In this document: positions 62,422 to 64,000 of the stretch, piece after piece
How the letters are laid out: the number at the start of each line of letters is the position of its first letter
How positions within the stretch are numbered: the stretch's first letter is position 1
From: a virus
Taxonomy: Duplodnaviria; Caudoviricetes
Virus record (IMG/VR): IMGVR_UViG_3300009148_000002
Coordinates: 10,993-74,992 of that record
Direction: 5' to 3' (one strand)
DNA length: 64,000 nucleotides
Notes under the pieces: generated by a model
What the model was told of the DNA's origin: nothing
Databases searched by the model: none
Seen by the model: the letters and a program-made list of their open reading frames with translations, nothing else
Made by a program: the position numbers and the translations under genes

Positions 62422-62840
62422 AAACCTCAAGGCGATCTGATAAACGGCTTGCGGCGCTATTGCCGAATGGAGTGCCGAAGTATGTCCGCTGTTATGATAA
62501 CGGCGGGCCGGAAGTTGGCGGTTCAGGCGACCGTTATACAGTCTGCTTTACCGGACGGGCAGGAGTAGAGCGCGGACGGGACAGGCAATCTGATCCTGAG
62601 TATTCATATCGGGCCATGTCTAGTGACCCATTTCACCCGCAAGGGATCGGTATGTGGGGCAGCACGAAATGGCATCATTGCGACGTGAACAAGTCGGGAT
62701 TTGCGCCGGCTATTGGCCGCAAGTGCCACTTGGGGCGACGCATTCGGTTTCAAGACTTGCCGCCAGATTGCAAGAATCTCGTAATGTCCGATTACCGAGA
62801 GATTTGGAAACTTGAAACCCGAAAGGCGCAACTGAAATGA
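62418..62840 (+). CDS. conserved early phage protein
   Basis: RCYDNGG...DRYTV...HPQGIG...HLG.RI.F.DLP pattern; ATG 62418. Confidence 0.7.
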   Translation: MKTSRRSDKRLAALLPNGVPKYVRCYDNGGPEVGGSGDRYTVCFTGRAGVERGRDRQSDPEYSYRAMSSDPFHPQGIGMWGSTKWHHCDVNKSGFAPAIGRKCHLGRRIRFQDLPPDCKNLVMSDYREIWKLETRKAQLK

Positions 62841-63115
62841 AAACACCATTACCCGAAGTCTGCTACGGCTTGCTGGATATTGAAATGGCCGATCCATCGG
62901 TGAAAGAAGTCACCCCGATCATCATTAAGCGTGGAGAAACAGGCTATTACAAAACCGATTGGACGTGGCAGAAGGAATACGCCAAAGAGTGCCTAGACAA
63001 GAAAAACAAATCCTTGGGCGTTGGCCCTGAAACCGCCGAGCTAATGCAAGGGTATTCGATGTTTGGCTGGCCAGCGGATGACCGGATGATTACGCAAAAC
63101 AACTCGTGCTTATGA
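62837..63115 (+). CDS. hypothetical protein
   Basis: IKRGETGYY...M...SMFGW pattern; coupled. Confidence 0.65.
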   Translation: MKTPLPEVCYGLLDIEMADPSVKEVTPIIIKRGETGYYKTDWTWQKEYAKECLDKKNKSLGVGPETAELMQGYSMFGWPADDRMITQNNSCL

Positions 63116-63396
63116 CCAAACTCTCAACCAAGCCAATCAGGCGTTGCGTTCACGCGCAAGTCCCGCACGGCTGTAAAAGCGAAATCGTCGTCACGATTTA
63201 CCCAAATAATTTGATTGGCTTTCGCGAGTCGGGCAGAGCGCTGCGCACCGAACAAACATGCAAGATCGGCGAGCTTTATGTGACGCTACTCGACAACGCG
63301 ACTCGCGACGCCGAAAGGCTGCGCAAGAAACTCATCAAGGAAGGCGTGGACAGAAAACAAGCGCGGAAACGCGCAAGGAAAGAATGCGGACTATGA
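63106..63396 (+). CDS. hypothetical basic protein
   Basis: Coupled chain. Confidence 0.55.
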   Translation: MLMTKLSTKPIRRCVHAQVPHGCKSEIVVTIYPNNLIGFRESGRALRTEQTCKIGELYVTLLDNATRDAERLRKKLIKEGVDRKQARKRARKECGL

Positions 63397-63417
63397 CAAC
63401 CAACCAAAGGAAAACAA

Positions 63418-64000
63418 ATGTGCGATTTTAATAGCACTGCTTGGCGCATGATCGGCCAAGACATGCAGTGCGCTCACCTGCCATCAAACTCGCATTCGGA
63501 AGCAATCAAAGCTGCCGGATGGCGAGACAACGAACCGAATCGAAAGACAATCATCTTTGAGGCCGAATGGGATGGCCAAGGCGACATGCCTTCCAGTGAA
63601 AAACTGATCCGTAACTGCGCCGAGTGTCCCGAACGCTTGGTTAAGCGCATTCGGTCGCACTACTCCAAGCTGCAAGAGGCTATCACTTCCGGCAAATATT
63701 TGGACACGTATTTTTCCGACACCGAAAAGTGGCACGATGTCTGGACTGCCGCGATGAAAAATGACGTGACGCCAGACTTTTCATACGTCACTAGCTTTGC
63801 TGGCTACATCTACGTGAGGGAAAACGCCACGCTCACGGCTCCGGCTCTAGTGAAGGCTGGCAACATCGACGTGATGAAAAACGCCACGCTCACGGCTCCG
63901 GCTCTAGTGAAGGCTGGCAACATCTACGTGAGGGAAAACGCCACGCTCACGGCTCCGGCTCTAGCTGAAGTGGCTGGCTACATCTACGTGATGGAAAACG
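63418..64000 (+). CDS. partial ORF with L-domain/LRR-like solenoid repeats (runs off window)
   Basis: ATG 63418 open to the end: MCDFNSTAWR...AGYIYVRENATLTAPALVKAGNIDVMKNATLTAPAL... Confidence 0.75.
   Translation, partial: MCDFNSTAWRMIGQDMQCAHLPSNSHSEAIKAAGWRDNEPNRKTIIFEAEWDGQGDMPSSEKLIRNCAECPERLVKRIRSHYSKLQEAITSGKYLDTYFSDTEKWHDVWTAAMKNDVTPDFSYVTSFAGYIYVRENATLTAPALVKAGNIDVMKNATLTAPALVKAGNIYVRENATLTAPALAEVAGYIYVMEN
63799..64000 (+). repeat. 57-60 nt tandem coding repeats
   Basis: Units start 63799, 63856, 63913, 63973; near-identical except a few non-synonymous sites. Confidence 0.9.

Larger units (their letters stand above)
1..64000. mobile_element. dsDNA tailed bacteriophage genome segment (podovirus-like morphogenesis module)
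   Basis: Terminase, portal, scaffold, capsid, tail and ejection genes in phage order; dense small ORFs with ATGA/GTGA overlaps; no cellular housekeeping genes. Free phage vs prophage cannot be told (no integrase or host junction seen). Confidence 0.95.

Noticed and set aside
63418-64000. Calling a complete diversity-generating retroelement
   Set aside because: No reverse transcriptase, accessory gene or template repeat inside the window.
1-64000. Integrase/att sites, DNA polymerase, primase/helicase, endolysin, rRNA
   Set aside because: No ORF showed the diagnostic motifs; they may lie outside the window or be unrecognisable by eye.

Overview
The whole window reads as a dsDNA tailed bacteriophage genome segment of podovirus-type architecture (terminase large subunit, 821-aa portal, scaffold, 557-aa major capsid, head-tail adaptor, P22 gp10-like tail stabilisation protein, tail collar, fibres, ejection proteins including a 2281-aa giant; no tape measure, sheath, integrase or DNA polymerase seen). 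Layout: glycosyltransferase/methyltransferase island (1-7.1 kb), minus-strand morphogenesis operon (7.1-41.3 kb) interrupted by two antisense HNH genes and small accessory cassettes, divergent terminase (41.4-42.9 kb), then small accessory/early genes (43-64 kb). Top finding: a solo Cas7/RAMP-like gene (55540-56223) followed by a ~490-nt non-coding array with a 5-nt period (G at position 2 of nearly every unit) organised in 5n+1-nt blocks, mostly 26 or 31 nt, and closed by an intrinsic terminator; this looks like a phage-encoded, non-CRISPR RNA-guided system. Also notable: four structured RNA units at two loci, each enclosed by a long stem opening with a boxA-like GT(T/G)CTTTGA (one is a tRNA-like shell with a large insert), a stand-alone class III cyclase, a stand-alone response regulator, a partial capsid paralog, a split tail gene, a stem coupling the scaffold stop to the capsid start, and repeated leaderless promoters. 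All functional calls are by-eye motif recognition; no database search was run.
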